A DNA stretch of 64,000 nucleotides, from positions 34,064 to 98,063 of the forward strand of contig CAJMOH010000001.1 of assembly GCA_905215055.1 (NCBI GenBank). The letters run 5' to 3'. Source of the stretch: an uncultured bacterium (GTDB lineage: Bacteria > Bacillota > Clostridia > Oscillospirales > Acutalibacteraceae). Shown here one piece after another: positions 1-8,281 of the stretch. Position 1 is the stretch's first letter; the number at the start of each line of letters is the position of its first letter. The translations under genes and the position numbers were made by a program. The notes beneath the pieces were generated by a model. It had not been told where the DNA came from, ran no database searches, and saw only the letters and a program-made list of their open reading frames with translations.

Positions 1-378
1 CTCCCTGGAGACTTGGGGTAAACCAACCATTTGGTATACAAGAGGAAATTTTCCGATGGTTTGCCGGAGGTGCCGTTCAATAGAAAAACGGTATCCACGA
101 GCTTGCTTTTGCGGGGAAGCCGCTACTTCTCCATCCGCAGTGCGAATGATAACAGCTTCATTATTTTCAACGCGCAGGATGTTTTCCTCACGCCAACCTT
201 TAAGTTCGACTACCAGGATACCTTTTCCGGGCATAAGAATACAAGCATCAAATTCTCGTCCAAAGATTTGACGGTTCCAATAGATGATGTTTGTGTCATC
301 AAGATATTCCTGTGCTTTGTCGATAAATACTTTCTCACCAAAGTTTTCAGTATTGCCTGAGCCAATCAGTTTTCCCAC
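1..378 (-). CDS. NERD (nuclease-related) domain protein; its 3' end is cut by the window edge. GTG start at 378
   Basis: The minus-strand frame translates to ...DACILMPGKGILVVELKGWREENILRVENNEAVIIRTADGEV..., matching the NERD core motif (ILLxxxGIfViEvKnw). A GAGGTG RBS lies 7 nt upstream of GTG 378. The gene sits in an AT-rich (~35% GC) segment. The ORF track missed it because it has no ATG. Confidence 0.5.
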   Translation of the reverse strand, partial: MGKLIGSGNTENFGEKVFIDKAQEYLDDTNIIYWNRQIFGREFDACILMPGKGILVVELKGWREENILRVENNEAVIIRTADGEVAASPQKQARGYRFSIERHLRQTIGKFPLVYQMVGLPQVSRE

Positions 379-747
379 CGAACTTCACCTCGTAGATCAC
401 GGGAGGTACCAAGCCACCCTATGCTAATAATAAAAAAATTTCATGTCCAATAAAGTGGATACTCCCTCGTCTTTGATAAAGTCCATTATATCTCCGGCGT
501 TGCAGCTCAAAACATCTATAATAATTTTAAGCACAACAGCCAATGTCACTTCCTGGTTTTTACAGAGCTTGGTAAAGGTTACTTTGCTAATTTCTCATTC
601 GGCAGCATTCTCCAAAGCTGCTTGCAATTAACCTTCATAATGTCACTCCTTGTTTATTTCCATGAAAATAGTTGTTTGTTTTTATTATAGCATTTCAAAT
701 TTGCGTTTTCAATGAACTTTGATGAAAACGCGATAAGAAGAGCGGAA

Positions 748-1435
748 ATGAACTATTTTTGTCGAGAATCTAAATCAAACAGTTTCTTCAGCAAAAGTTC
801 TACATGTTCATAAGTCTATCCGTATTGCTCTTTGCCGCCAACAGCTCACGCATTTCCTCATGGAAACGCCGATACTTGGCCCGTCCGGTTGCGGGAAAAC
901 TACCCTGCTCGCTTTGCTGGGGGGCCTGGACAGTCCGGCAGGCGGGAACATTCTGTTTGCGGGAAAGGACATTGCGGAAACCGGCCTTGCGGATCACCGG
1001 CGCAATCATGTATCTTTCATCTTCCAAGCGTATAACCTCATTGACTATCTGACTTCTACGGAGAATGTGTCGCTGACTTCTAAGCTGCCGCCGCTGCCCA
1101 TTCTGGAGCGCCTGGGTCTTACAAAAGCGGAAGCGAAACGCAATGTGCTGAAGCTCTCCGGCGGCCAGCAGCAGCGTGTGGCCATCGCCCGTGCCCTGGC
1201 AAGCGAGGCCCCGGTGATCCTAGCCGACGAGCCTACGGGCAATCTGGACGAGGACACCGCCCAGGACATCACGGAAATTCTCAAAGAGAGCGCCCACAAG
1301 ATGAACAAGTGCGTGGTGGTCGTCACCCACTCCAGCGAGTTGGCAAAGCAGGCCGATGTGGTGTTCCGGATAAAGGGAGGATTTCTGTCGCAAAAGGGAC
1401 CGCGTCTGCCGCCTGCCGGCTTTCGCGAGGGCTAA
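748..1435 (+). pseudogene. ABC transporter ATP-binding protein (FtsE/LolD-like single NBD), frameshifted right after the start. There is no cognate permease.
   Basis: Walker A GPSGCGKTT, signature [15 protein letters not shown] and Walker B ILADEPT are present. The ATG at 748-750 has an AAGAAGAG RBS. One extra base at 751 shifts the reading into the NBD frame, which has an in-frame stop at 749-751 and no ATG/GTG/TTG start before 860. Removing base 751 gives M-TIFVENLNQTVSSAKVLHVHKSI..., a normal NBD N-terminus. The 5' ~80 nt use AT-rich codons and the rest is GC-rich. No permease gene follows. Confidence 0.55.
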
Positions 1436-1486
1436 AGCCCAGTCTTTTTGAATTGCTCCGCAAAGCTCTATACGCTAAAAATACAA

Positions 1487-1533
1487 ATCCCTGTAACATT
1501 GCAGCTTCTCCGCATTGTTACAGGGATTTTTTG
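1487..1533 (+). terminator. Rho-independent terminator after the ABC ATPase remnant
   Basis: A 12-bp perfect stem (ATCCCTGTAACA / TGTTACAGGGAT) is followed by TTTTTTGTG. Confidence 0.5.
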
Positions 1534-1605
1534 TGTGGGGACGCTCTTCGCTTTATGGGAGTTTTAGGCGGGGCAACGTTCAGCTCTTCAAGCTCTTTGT
1601 ACGCT

Positions 1606-3507
1606 TTACTTTTGAAAATTCTTTTCACTCAACAAGCGCATAAACAGCCCGCCCTGAACCGTCCTGTTCTGAAACTCTCGATATTTTGCCTGCCAGGCGT
1701 CCTCTGTTTCGTACCAATCACCCAAAGGAACACGGTTGGGCATTGTGTCATAGGCGTCCCACAGAGTGGAAATCATGACTTCAAAATCCTCCTTGTTCAT
1801 CATGGAGGCCACCCAAACCATCCAGTCGGACTTGGTATAGGCCGCGCGGTTGTCCAGGGGCATTCCGTAGGGATTCAGGCGGGTAAGGTAGGATTTCAGC
1901 TCCTTGTCCCAGACACCCTGGGGAAAAACGCGCAGCCCCAGCAATTTGTCCCAGACCGCGTTATATTTCATGCTGAAGGTGCCGGGCCGGTCAAAGGCCA
2001 GCCGGTAGGTACCATCGCCGTTACCGGCCTTTTCCACCCACTCCCGGGCCATGGAGCGCGCGGCCTCAATCCACCTCTCACCTTCCGCCTCTTCCCCCCG
2101 GCGGTGCAGCAGCCGGCCATATGCCGCCACTCCCAGAATCGCCTTAATGGACAGGTTGCAGTTGTGCGCCAGGTGTCCGGCAAAGTCATCGGTGCAAAGC
2201 TGGTTTTCCGGGTCCAGACCATGCTGCCGCAAATACCCGGCCCAAGTGGTCAACAGCTCCCAGCTCTCGTTGACAAAGCTCATGTCTCCGCTGGCGGCGG
2301 TGGCAGCGGCAGTCATCAACAGCATATTCCCACATTCCTCCACGGGCATCTGGTCCTGGGGGTCTGTGCCTCTGGAATAGACCTGACCGTTTAACAGAGG
2401 AAACTGCCCCGCGTCATGGGGAGCAAAGTCAAAGGGCCAGGCATCGCTGGCAGCATAGCGGATCAAGGGCCGCATCATGCCAAATACCAGCCTTGGCTGG
2501 TAGCGCAAAAACAGGGGAATGGAAGGATAACTGACATCCGCCGTGGCGGCGCATCCATTGGAGAAACATTCCTTGGAGACAAACAGCAGCCGGCCCTCTG
2601 GGTCCTCGCACAAAGCGTGGCCCCCAATTACCTGCCTGTAAGCCAGCAGCAGCAGCTGGGCATACCGCTCTCCCCCAGTGTGAACCGCCTCCTGCCACAG
2701 CTGGTTTGAGAAATCCTCACAGCGCCGGGCAAGCTCCTGATACTGAGCGAAGGCCGTTTCCAGAAGGCCAGACAGTGTTTCCCGTTCCTTCTTCCAATAG
2801 GGAGTCAAATTTTGGCCGAAATACTGAAGGGCGTAAATTTCGTCATAGGCCAAGGCAAAAAGGGCCTCCCTTCCCTCCTCCAACGGGATCTGGGCCTGGA
2901 TAAACACCCGGTCCTGCTTTTCCCCGGCGGCCACCGATCCAGCAGGCTCCACTGCCAGGTACAGGCGGCCCCAGTCAATGCGCACATCGTCTCCCGAGCG
3001 GTTGAGCGGCTCTTGAATCCCGCTGCCGAGAGTGGCCGCTTCGTAGCCCCGGCCCACAGCCTTCCCTGTCTCTACCGGACACTGTCCCGGGAAATCCAGG
3101 CACAGGGCCTCGTCCGCGGACAAAACCGCCGTACACTCTGGCAGAGGCCGTCCATGCCGGCCCTCCGCCTTCAGGGTGATATAGGTGATGGGCCGGGCCA
3201 AAACCCGCAAATCCTCCAGCAAAAGCGGAGAGGTAAACGTCACGGTCAGGCACACCTCTGGACTCTCCATCACATAGGTGGTGGAGCAGGCCTTCACCTC
3301 CACGGACTTCATTCGCATGGGCAGCGCCTCTGTCCGGCCCAGAAAGCCGTACTCTCTCCTCCCCACCTTCAAGATGCCGGTAAGGGGCTGCTCCGCCCCA
3401 GTCCAGTGACAGGTGGGGGTCCGGTTGGGAACATCGTCCATGGACCAAAGGCTGAAATAGGGCGTATGGGTCACAAGAGGAACCGCAGGATAACGAAGCT
3501 TTTTCAT
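1606..3507 (-). CDS. Glutaminase-A-like (DUF4965/DUF1793-type) domain protein, a putative glycoside-hydrolase-like enzyme
   Basis: A 634-aa ORF with the architecture and sequence feel of bacterial glutaminase A family proteins. The start is placed at MKKLRYP, where an AGGAAGGTG RBS sits; the 12 upstream ORF codons are not used. Confidence 0.5.
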   Translation of the reverse strand: MKKLRYPAVPLVTHTPYFSLWSMDDVPNRTPTCHWTGAEQPLTGILKVGRREYGFLGRTEALPMRMKSVEVKACSTTYVMESPEVCLTVTFTSPLLLEDLRVLARPITYITLKAEGRHGRPLPECTAVLSADEALCLDFPGQCPVETGKAVGRGYEAATLGSGIQEPLNRSGDDVRIDWGRLYLAVEPAGSVAAGEKQDRVFIQAQIPLEEGREALFALAYDEIYALQYFGQNLTPYWKKERETLSGLLETAFAQYQELARRCEDFSNQLWQEAVHTGGERYAQLLLLAYRQVIGGHALCEDPEGRLLFVSKECFSNGCAATADVSYPSIPLFLRYQPRLVFGMMRPLIRYAASDAWPFDFAPHDAGQFPLLNGQVYSRGTDPQDQMPVEECGNMLLMTAAATAASGDMSFVNESWELLTTWAGYLRQHGLDPENQLCTDDFAGHLAHNCNLSIKAILGVAAYGRLLHRRGEEAEGERWIEAARSMAREWVEKAGNGDGTYRLAFDRPGTFSMKYNAVWDKLLGLRVFPQGVWDKELKSYLTRLNPYGMPLDNRAAYTKSDWMVWVASMMNKEDFEVMISTLWDAYDTMPNRVPLGDWYETEDAWQAKYREFQNRTVQGGLFMRLLSEKNFQK

Positions 3508-3800
3508 CGTGAAACACCTTCCTATTCTTCCTAGCTGCTTCATTGGGAATTATATCACGGAAACAGCCCACAAAAAAGAACATTTTTATGAACCACCTCT
3601 GAAATTTTCAAAAATCCGGCGGTTCCTCCAAGGCAAAAAAACTTGCCCTGAAAAAGTCCTTCCCGCACCCGCGTCATCCGCGGGAACGCTCCGCCTGAAA
3701 AGACGCCTGCCGCCCTGCTTTCGCAAAGCAAACAGCCGGACTTCTCCCAGGAAAAATCCGGCTGCTGTCTATTGGAATCCTTCGCTGATGAAAGCCGCCG

Positions 3801-5915
3801 TCACACCGCGTCAGACCGGCCGGGGCAATTCCGGCCCTCCCCGGGCGTAAGCCGTGTCATGCTGTGAAGGCTGATCCCCAGCGTGGACAGGTTATGAAGC
3901 ATTGCCGAGGCTGCCGGAGCCAAAGTGCCCAAGGCCCCTAAGGCGATCAAGGCGCCGTTAAAACCGATGACAAACCGGTAATTGGAATGAATGCGCTTCA
4001 TCAGCTCCTGGGCGAGAACGCGAAGCCTTACCAACTCGAACAGGTTACCGGCGGCAATGGTGATGTCCGCGATCTCCCGGGCGATCGCCGCGCCGTCGCT
4101 GACGGCGATGCCCACGCTGGCGGCGGACAGGGCAGGAGAATCGTTGATGCCGTCCCCAATCATGACCACCGTGCGGCCCTGCTCCCGTTCCTCCTGGACA
4201 AATCGGGCCTTGTCCTCGGGCAGCACCTCCGAGCGGTATTCATCCACCCCCACCTGGGCGGCGACGGCGGCGGCAGTACGGTCGCTGTCACCGGTGAGCA
4301 TTACGATCCTTCCCACTCCCAGCCGGCGCAGAGCGGACACCGCCTGGGCCGCTTCCTCCCGCAGCGGATCCGCGATGCAGATCACCGCGGCCAACACGCC
4401 GCCGATGGCCAGATACAGATGGCTGTATTGCCTGGGAAGTCCCTCGAAGGCGGGGCGGTCCTCCTCGGGGATGGCACAGCCCTCGTCCTCAAAGACAAAG
4501 TGGGCGCTGCCGATGACCACCCGCCGGCCCTCCACTGTGCTGGCAATGCCGTGAGCCACCAGGTATTCCACCTGAGAGTGCATTTCCTCGTGAGTCAGAC
4601 CCCGAGCCTTCGCCGCCTGAACCACGGCGTTGGCCATGGAATGGGGGAAATGCTCCTCCAGACAGGCCGCCAGGCGGAGCAGCTCCTTCTCGCTGCGTCC
4701 TCCAAAGGGAACCACCTGGGCCACCACCGGGTTGGCGTGGGTCAAGGTGCCGGTTTTGTCAAACACCAGGGTATCCGCCTGAGCCACAGCCTCCAGATAT
4801 TTGCCGCCCTTCACAGTGATGTGAAACCGGCTGGCCTCCCCCATGGCCGACAGCACCGACAAGGGCATGGCCAGCTTTAGGGCGCAGGAAAAATCCACCA
4901 TCAGCACGGAAAGCGCCCGGGTAATGTTTCGAGTGAGCAGATACACCAGCGCGCTGCCCGCCAAGGTGTAGGGAACCAGCCTGTCCGCCAAATTCGCCGC
5001 CCGGCTCTCCGCCGCGGACTTCAGCTTTTCCGACTGCTCAATCATGGCCACAATCTTGTCATAGCGGCTTCCCCCCGCTTGCTGAGTGACGGTGAGAACG
5101 CATTCGCCCTCCTCTACCACGGTGCCGGCGTAAACCCAGGCTCCAGGGCGTTTTGCCACAGGGATGGATTCTCCGGTGAGGGAGGCCTGGTTCACCATGA
5201 CCTCTCCCTCCAAAATGGCGCCGTCCAGAGGGATCATGCTGCCCACGCGAACTGCCACCTGATCCCCCGGCTGGACAGAGTGTAGGGGAACCAGCTCTTC
5301 ACCGTCCTCTGTTTTCAGCCAAACCCGGTCGATATTCAGGGACATGCTGCGGGCCAGGTCGTCCACGGATTTTTTGTGGGTCCACTCCTCCAGCAGCTCC
5401 CCCAGGCCCAGCAGGAACATCACCGAGCTGGCGGTGGAAAAGTCCCGGCGGAGAAGGGACACGAAAATAGACACGCCGTCCAGCACCTCCACATGAAGCC
5501 GCCCCTTCAGCAAGCAGCCCAGCGCCCGAAACAGATAGGGCGCCGCCTTGACAATGGCGTAGGCTGCCCGCAGAGGCGCCGGAAAAAACAGGGAACGGAC
5601 CGCCTTGCAAATCAACATTCCCACCAGCTTTTCCTCATAGGCCCGGTTCAAGGCGCGGCTGCTGGGTACCTGACGAAGCTCTCCCAAAGCCCTGTCCTGG
5701 TAAGAAAAGGCGGACAACCGCTCCAGCAGAGCCTGCCGGCTGCCGGTATACTCAATCACGGCGCAGCGGGTGCGCTCGTGAACAGAGGCCCGCTCCACCT
5801 GGGGCAGACCCTGAAGCCAGGCCTCCAGCATATCGGCCTGCTCCAGCGTCATGCGGACCTGAGCCGCCTGGACGCGCATCCGTCCCCCGCATTCGTGTTT
5901 GATAGCAAATTTCAT
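3801..5915 (-). CDS. Heavy-metal-translocating P-type ATPase (P1B type)
   Basis: DKTGTLT phosphorylation motif, GDGINDSPAL hinge motif, TGES actuator motif and a HECGGRMRV N-terminal metal-binding-like region. Confidence 0.85.
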   Translation of the reverse strand: MKFAIKHECGGRMRVQAAQVRMTLEQADMLEAWLQGLPQVERASVHERTRCAVIEYTGSRQALLERLSAFSYQDRALGELRQVPSSRALNRAYEEKLVGMLICKAVRSLFFPAPLRAAYAIVKAAPYLFRALGCLLKGRLHVEVLDGVSIFVSLLRRDFSTASSVMFLLGLGELLEEWTHKKSVDDLARSMSLNIDRVWLKTEDGEELVPLHSVQPGDQVAVRVGSMIPLDGAILEGEVMVNQASLTGESIPVAKRPGAWVYAGTVVEEGECVLTVTQQAGGSRYDKIVAMIEQSEKLKSAAESRAANLADRLVPYTLAGSALVYLLTRNITRALSVLMVDFSCALKLAMPLSVLSAMGEASRFHITVKGGKYLEAVAQADTLVFDKTGTLTHANPVVAQVVPFGGRSEKELLRLAACLEEHFPHSMANAVVQAAKARGLTHEEMHSQVEYLVAHGIASTVEGRRVVIGSAHFVFEDEGCAIPEEDRPAFEGLPRQYSHLYLAIGGVLAAVICIADPLREEAAQAVSALRRLGVGRIVMLTGDSDRTAAAVAAQVGVDEYRSEVLPEDKARFVQEEREQGRTVVMIGDGINDSPALSAASVGIAVSDGAAIAREIADITIAAGNLFELVRLRVLAQELMKRIHSNYRFVIGFNGALIALGALGTLAPAASAMLHNLSTLGISLHSMTRLTPGEGRNCPGRSDAV

Positions 5916-5971
5916 AGTATCCTCCTAAGAAAGAGAAAAGCCGCCTTCCGGCGGCCCTTCCTGGTTTTTCG

Positions 5972-6244
5972 TCAAGCGTCAGCGCTGGTGTCCGCTTCGG
6001 CGGCAGCTGCCTCCTCCGCTTGGGCGCGCTGCTCGTTGATCTCCTTGGCAGAGGCCAACACATCGGCAGCGTTTTCCTGCACAGAGGTCACTGTCTCCAT
6101 GACAGAATCCTTCATCCGCAGCGCGGCGGCAGCGGCGTGGGTATAGGCTCTCTTGGCGTCCTTGCTGGACAGCAGCTTGAAGCCCGCGGAGCCAAACAGC
6201 ACTCCTCCCGCAAACAGGGCCAGCCCTTTATATGCGTTTCTCAT
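5972..6244 (-). CDS. Small N-terminally membrane-anchored protein of unknown function, co-oriented upstream of the P-type ATPase
   Basis: A 90-aa ORF with an N-terminal hydrophobic helix and an Ala/Glu-rich tail. A GGGAGGTG RBS is present. Operon position only. Confidence 0.4.
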   Translation of the reverse strand: MRNAYKGLALFAGGVLFGSAGFKLLSSKDAKRAYTHAAAAALRMKDSVMETVTSVQENAADVLASAKEINEQRAQAEEAAAAEADTSADA

Positions 6245-6264
6245 TGCGAGTTTTCACCTCCCAG

Positions 6265-6345
6265 TCAGCGATGGCGGTACCCGGTGACAATAGCCATAAC
6301 CATGCAGAGCACGGCGCCCCAGGCCCAAAAACGATGGTGTTTCAT
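6265..6345 (-). CDS. Putative 26-aa hydrophobic leader/micro-protein (MKHHRFWAWGAVLCMVMAIVTGYRHR)
   Basis: A GGAGGG RBS lies 7 nt upstream of the ATG. It is below the ORF-track size cut-off and sits directly upstream of the small protein/ATPase operon. Confidence 0.25.
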   Translation of the reverse strand: MKHHRFWAWGAVLCMVMAIVTGYRHR

Positions 6346-6383
6346 GCGGGATCCCTCCTTCCCTGCATTGAGCACAACAGTTA

Positions 6384-7313
6384 TTATACCCCGCCGTCCC
6401 TGTGGGTTTCGCCTGGATTTGGACGGGATTCTACGGAAACGGACATTTTTTTCGAAGCTCTCCGGTACTGGGCCGGGGTCATTTGATAACGGGCCTTGAA
6501 GGCCACGCTGAACTGGCTGGCGCTGCTATACCCTACCGACGCCGCCACCTGCACCACCGTTTGACCGGTAGAAGCCAGCAGGCGCGCCCCCTCCTCCATG
6601 CGGCGTTCCAGCAGGTACTGATGAAGGGGCATCCCATACAGCTGGCGGAAACAGGCCTTCAGCGCCGTCCCAGAGACCCGAAACCTCCTGGACAGCCCCG
6701 CAATGGTCAGCCGCTGGTCCAGATGTCCCAGCATATAGTCGTGAACCTCTTGGACAGCTTGCCGCTGGTGTTTGTCGTAATATTCGCCGCCTGGGGAACG
6801 AGGGCGGCTTTTGCCGCCGGCGTGGAGCAAATAGAGCAGCTCCACAGACTTGATCACACAGTAATCCCCCTTCCGCTGAGAGGGCAGCTGGTCCAGGGCG
6901 CTGAAAAACGTCTCCATCCAAAAGCCCGCGTCTATGACGGCGCACCCATGAGGGGAATCCGGTGGGAAATTACGCAGGCCAGGGCACAGAGTTTTCAGCG
7001 CGGCAAGAGCGGCCTGCTCTTCCCCGGACACCAGCACCCCTTGAAACCTCTCTGGATAGAATTGACAGAAGCACTCTCCTGCCCTGCCGGGAAGGAAGAA
7101 GGCTTTTCCCGGCTCCAGCATCCACTGACAGCCTGGGGAAAAATGAGCCGCCACCCTTCCCCGGCGGCAGAACAACACCTCCAGGCAGCCCTTCTTCGGA
7201 ACGGCGGAAAACCTGGCCTCCTTTGGGACGCCGTCCACCATCCACACCCTGGCCCTGTCCGTTGAAAGTGGAAAGCCCGAGACGCCGGCATTCTCCAGCA
7301 GCTCTTCCAGCAT
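6384..7313 (-). CDS. AraC family transcriptional regulator
   Basis: C-terminal double HTH (…QVAASVGYSSASQFSVAFKARYQMTPAQYRR) with an N-terminal cupin-like sensing domain. Confidence 0.8.
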   Translation of the reverse strand: MLEELLENAGVSGFPLSTDRARVWMVDGVPKEARFSAVPKKGCLEVLFCRRGRVAAHFSPGCQWMLEPGKAFFLPGRAGECFCQFYPERFQGVLVSGEEQAALAALKTLCPGLRNFPPDSPHGCAVIDAGFWMETFFSALDQLPSQRKGDYCVIKSVELLYLLHAGGKSRPRSPGGEYYDKHQRQAVQEVHDYMLGHLDQRLTIAGLSRRFRVSGTALKACFRQLYGMPLHQYLLERRMEEGARLLASTGQTVVQVAASVGYSSASQFSVAFKARYQMTPAQYRRASKKMSVSVESRPNPGETHRDGGV

Positions 7314-7557
7314 GGTTCCACCCCCTTGAAGTTAGAGATAACTAATTCAGCTTTGCAAAAAACGCGCCCTTTCCCAGAGGGGCGCCGCTTGTTAGTTTTT
7401 TCTAACCACTATCATACCACCTTTTTCCCGGTTTCTCAAGTGGAAATTTGCCAGAAGGGAAGCTTTCGCCAGAGCTGAGCCGCACCCCTTGACAGACAGG
7501 CATGGGTCTGCTATACTATAACAGCGTTATATAACATTGCTATATAGGAGATTCACT

Positions 7558-8169
7558 ATGGCCGCAGCATCAACCCTGGAGCGAATTCATCAGGCCGCCC
7601 GGAAGGAATTTCGGGAACGGGGCTTTCGCTCCGCTTCGTTGCGAAGCATTGTAAAGTCCGTGGGGATGACCACCGGCGCCTTTTATGGCTATTACAAAAG
7701 CAAGGAGGAACTTTTCGCCGCTCTGGTAGAGGAACACTACCGCTATCTTTTGGACCGGTTCCGCCAGGCGCAGGAGGAGTTTGCCCACCTGCCTTTGGAG
7801 CGGCAGCCAGAGGTGTTAGGCGACATATCCGGCCTGTGCATGTTTGACATGCTTCACTACGCCTATCATCATTTAGAGGACTGCCAGCTGCTTTTGTGCG
7901 GGGCGGAGGGAACCAGGTTTGCCGGCTTGATCGACGAGATGGTGGAAATTGAGATAAACGCCACCCACGCCTATCAATCTGTGCTGCGGGAGCTGGGCCG
8001 GCCTTCCCCCGAAATTGACCTGCGGCTGGAGCATATTTTGATTACGGGGATGTTTCACACCTTTTTTGAACTGATTATCCACCAAATGCCTCTTCCCGAC
8101 GCGGAAAACTATCTGCGGGAAATGCGGGCCTTTTACACGGCTGGATGGATGAAAATTATGGGGCAGTAA
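7558..8169 (+). CDS. TetR/AcrR family transcriptional regulator
   Basis: N-terminal HTH (RERGFRSASLRSIVKSVGMTTGAFYGYYKSKEELF). AGGAGA RBS before ATG 7558. Sits immediately upstream of two ABC exporter genes. Confidence 0.8.
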   Translation: MAAASTLERIHQAARKEFRERGFRSASLRSIVKSVGMTTGAFYGYYKSKEELFAALVEEHYRYLLDRFRQAQEEFAHLPLERQPEVLGDISGLCMFDMLHYAYHHLEDCQLLLCGAEGTRFAGLIDEMVEIEINATHAYQSVLRELGRPSPEIDLRLEHILITGMFHTFFELIIHQMPLPDAENYLREMRAFYTAGWMKIMGQ

Positions 8170-8281
8170 TGCCCTATCTTTTTCTCCCGGTGGTTAGTTT
8201 TAACTAATTGCATCTTACTGCCGCCCCTTCTGGGAACTTCCATTTCAATACAAAACTGCAAGGACAAAGGAGGAAGTCATT

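Noticed and set aside
443-631. 62-aa + strand ORF in the AT-rich region. The 31..360 + ORF is a similar case.
   Set aside because: The 31..360 ORF is antisense to the NERD-domain gene. The 443..631 ORF lies in probable promoter DNA and has no RBS or domain.
1309-2394. Long + strand ORF (361 aa) antisense to the glutaminase-like gene. Similar long antisense ORFs lie at 3987..4880, 10810..12045, 12837..13904, 14712..15776, 16018..18069, 21606..23630, 24733..27435, 31435..32841, 33969..36197, 56670..57890 and 62489..63601.
   Set aside because: They are Gly/Arg/Pro/Ala-rich, low-complexity translations typical of the opposite strand of GC-rich genes. They have no RBS and no recognisable domains, and each is fully overlapped by a well-supported gene.
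5972-6244. Considered calling the 90-aa protein a metal-responsive repressor (CsoR/ArsR) because it precedes a P-type ATPase.
   Set aside because: There is no HTH or CsoR motif. It has an N-terminal TM helix instead, so it is left as hypothetical.
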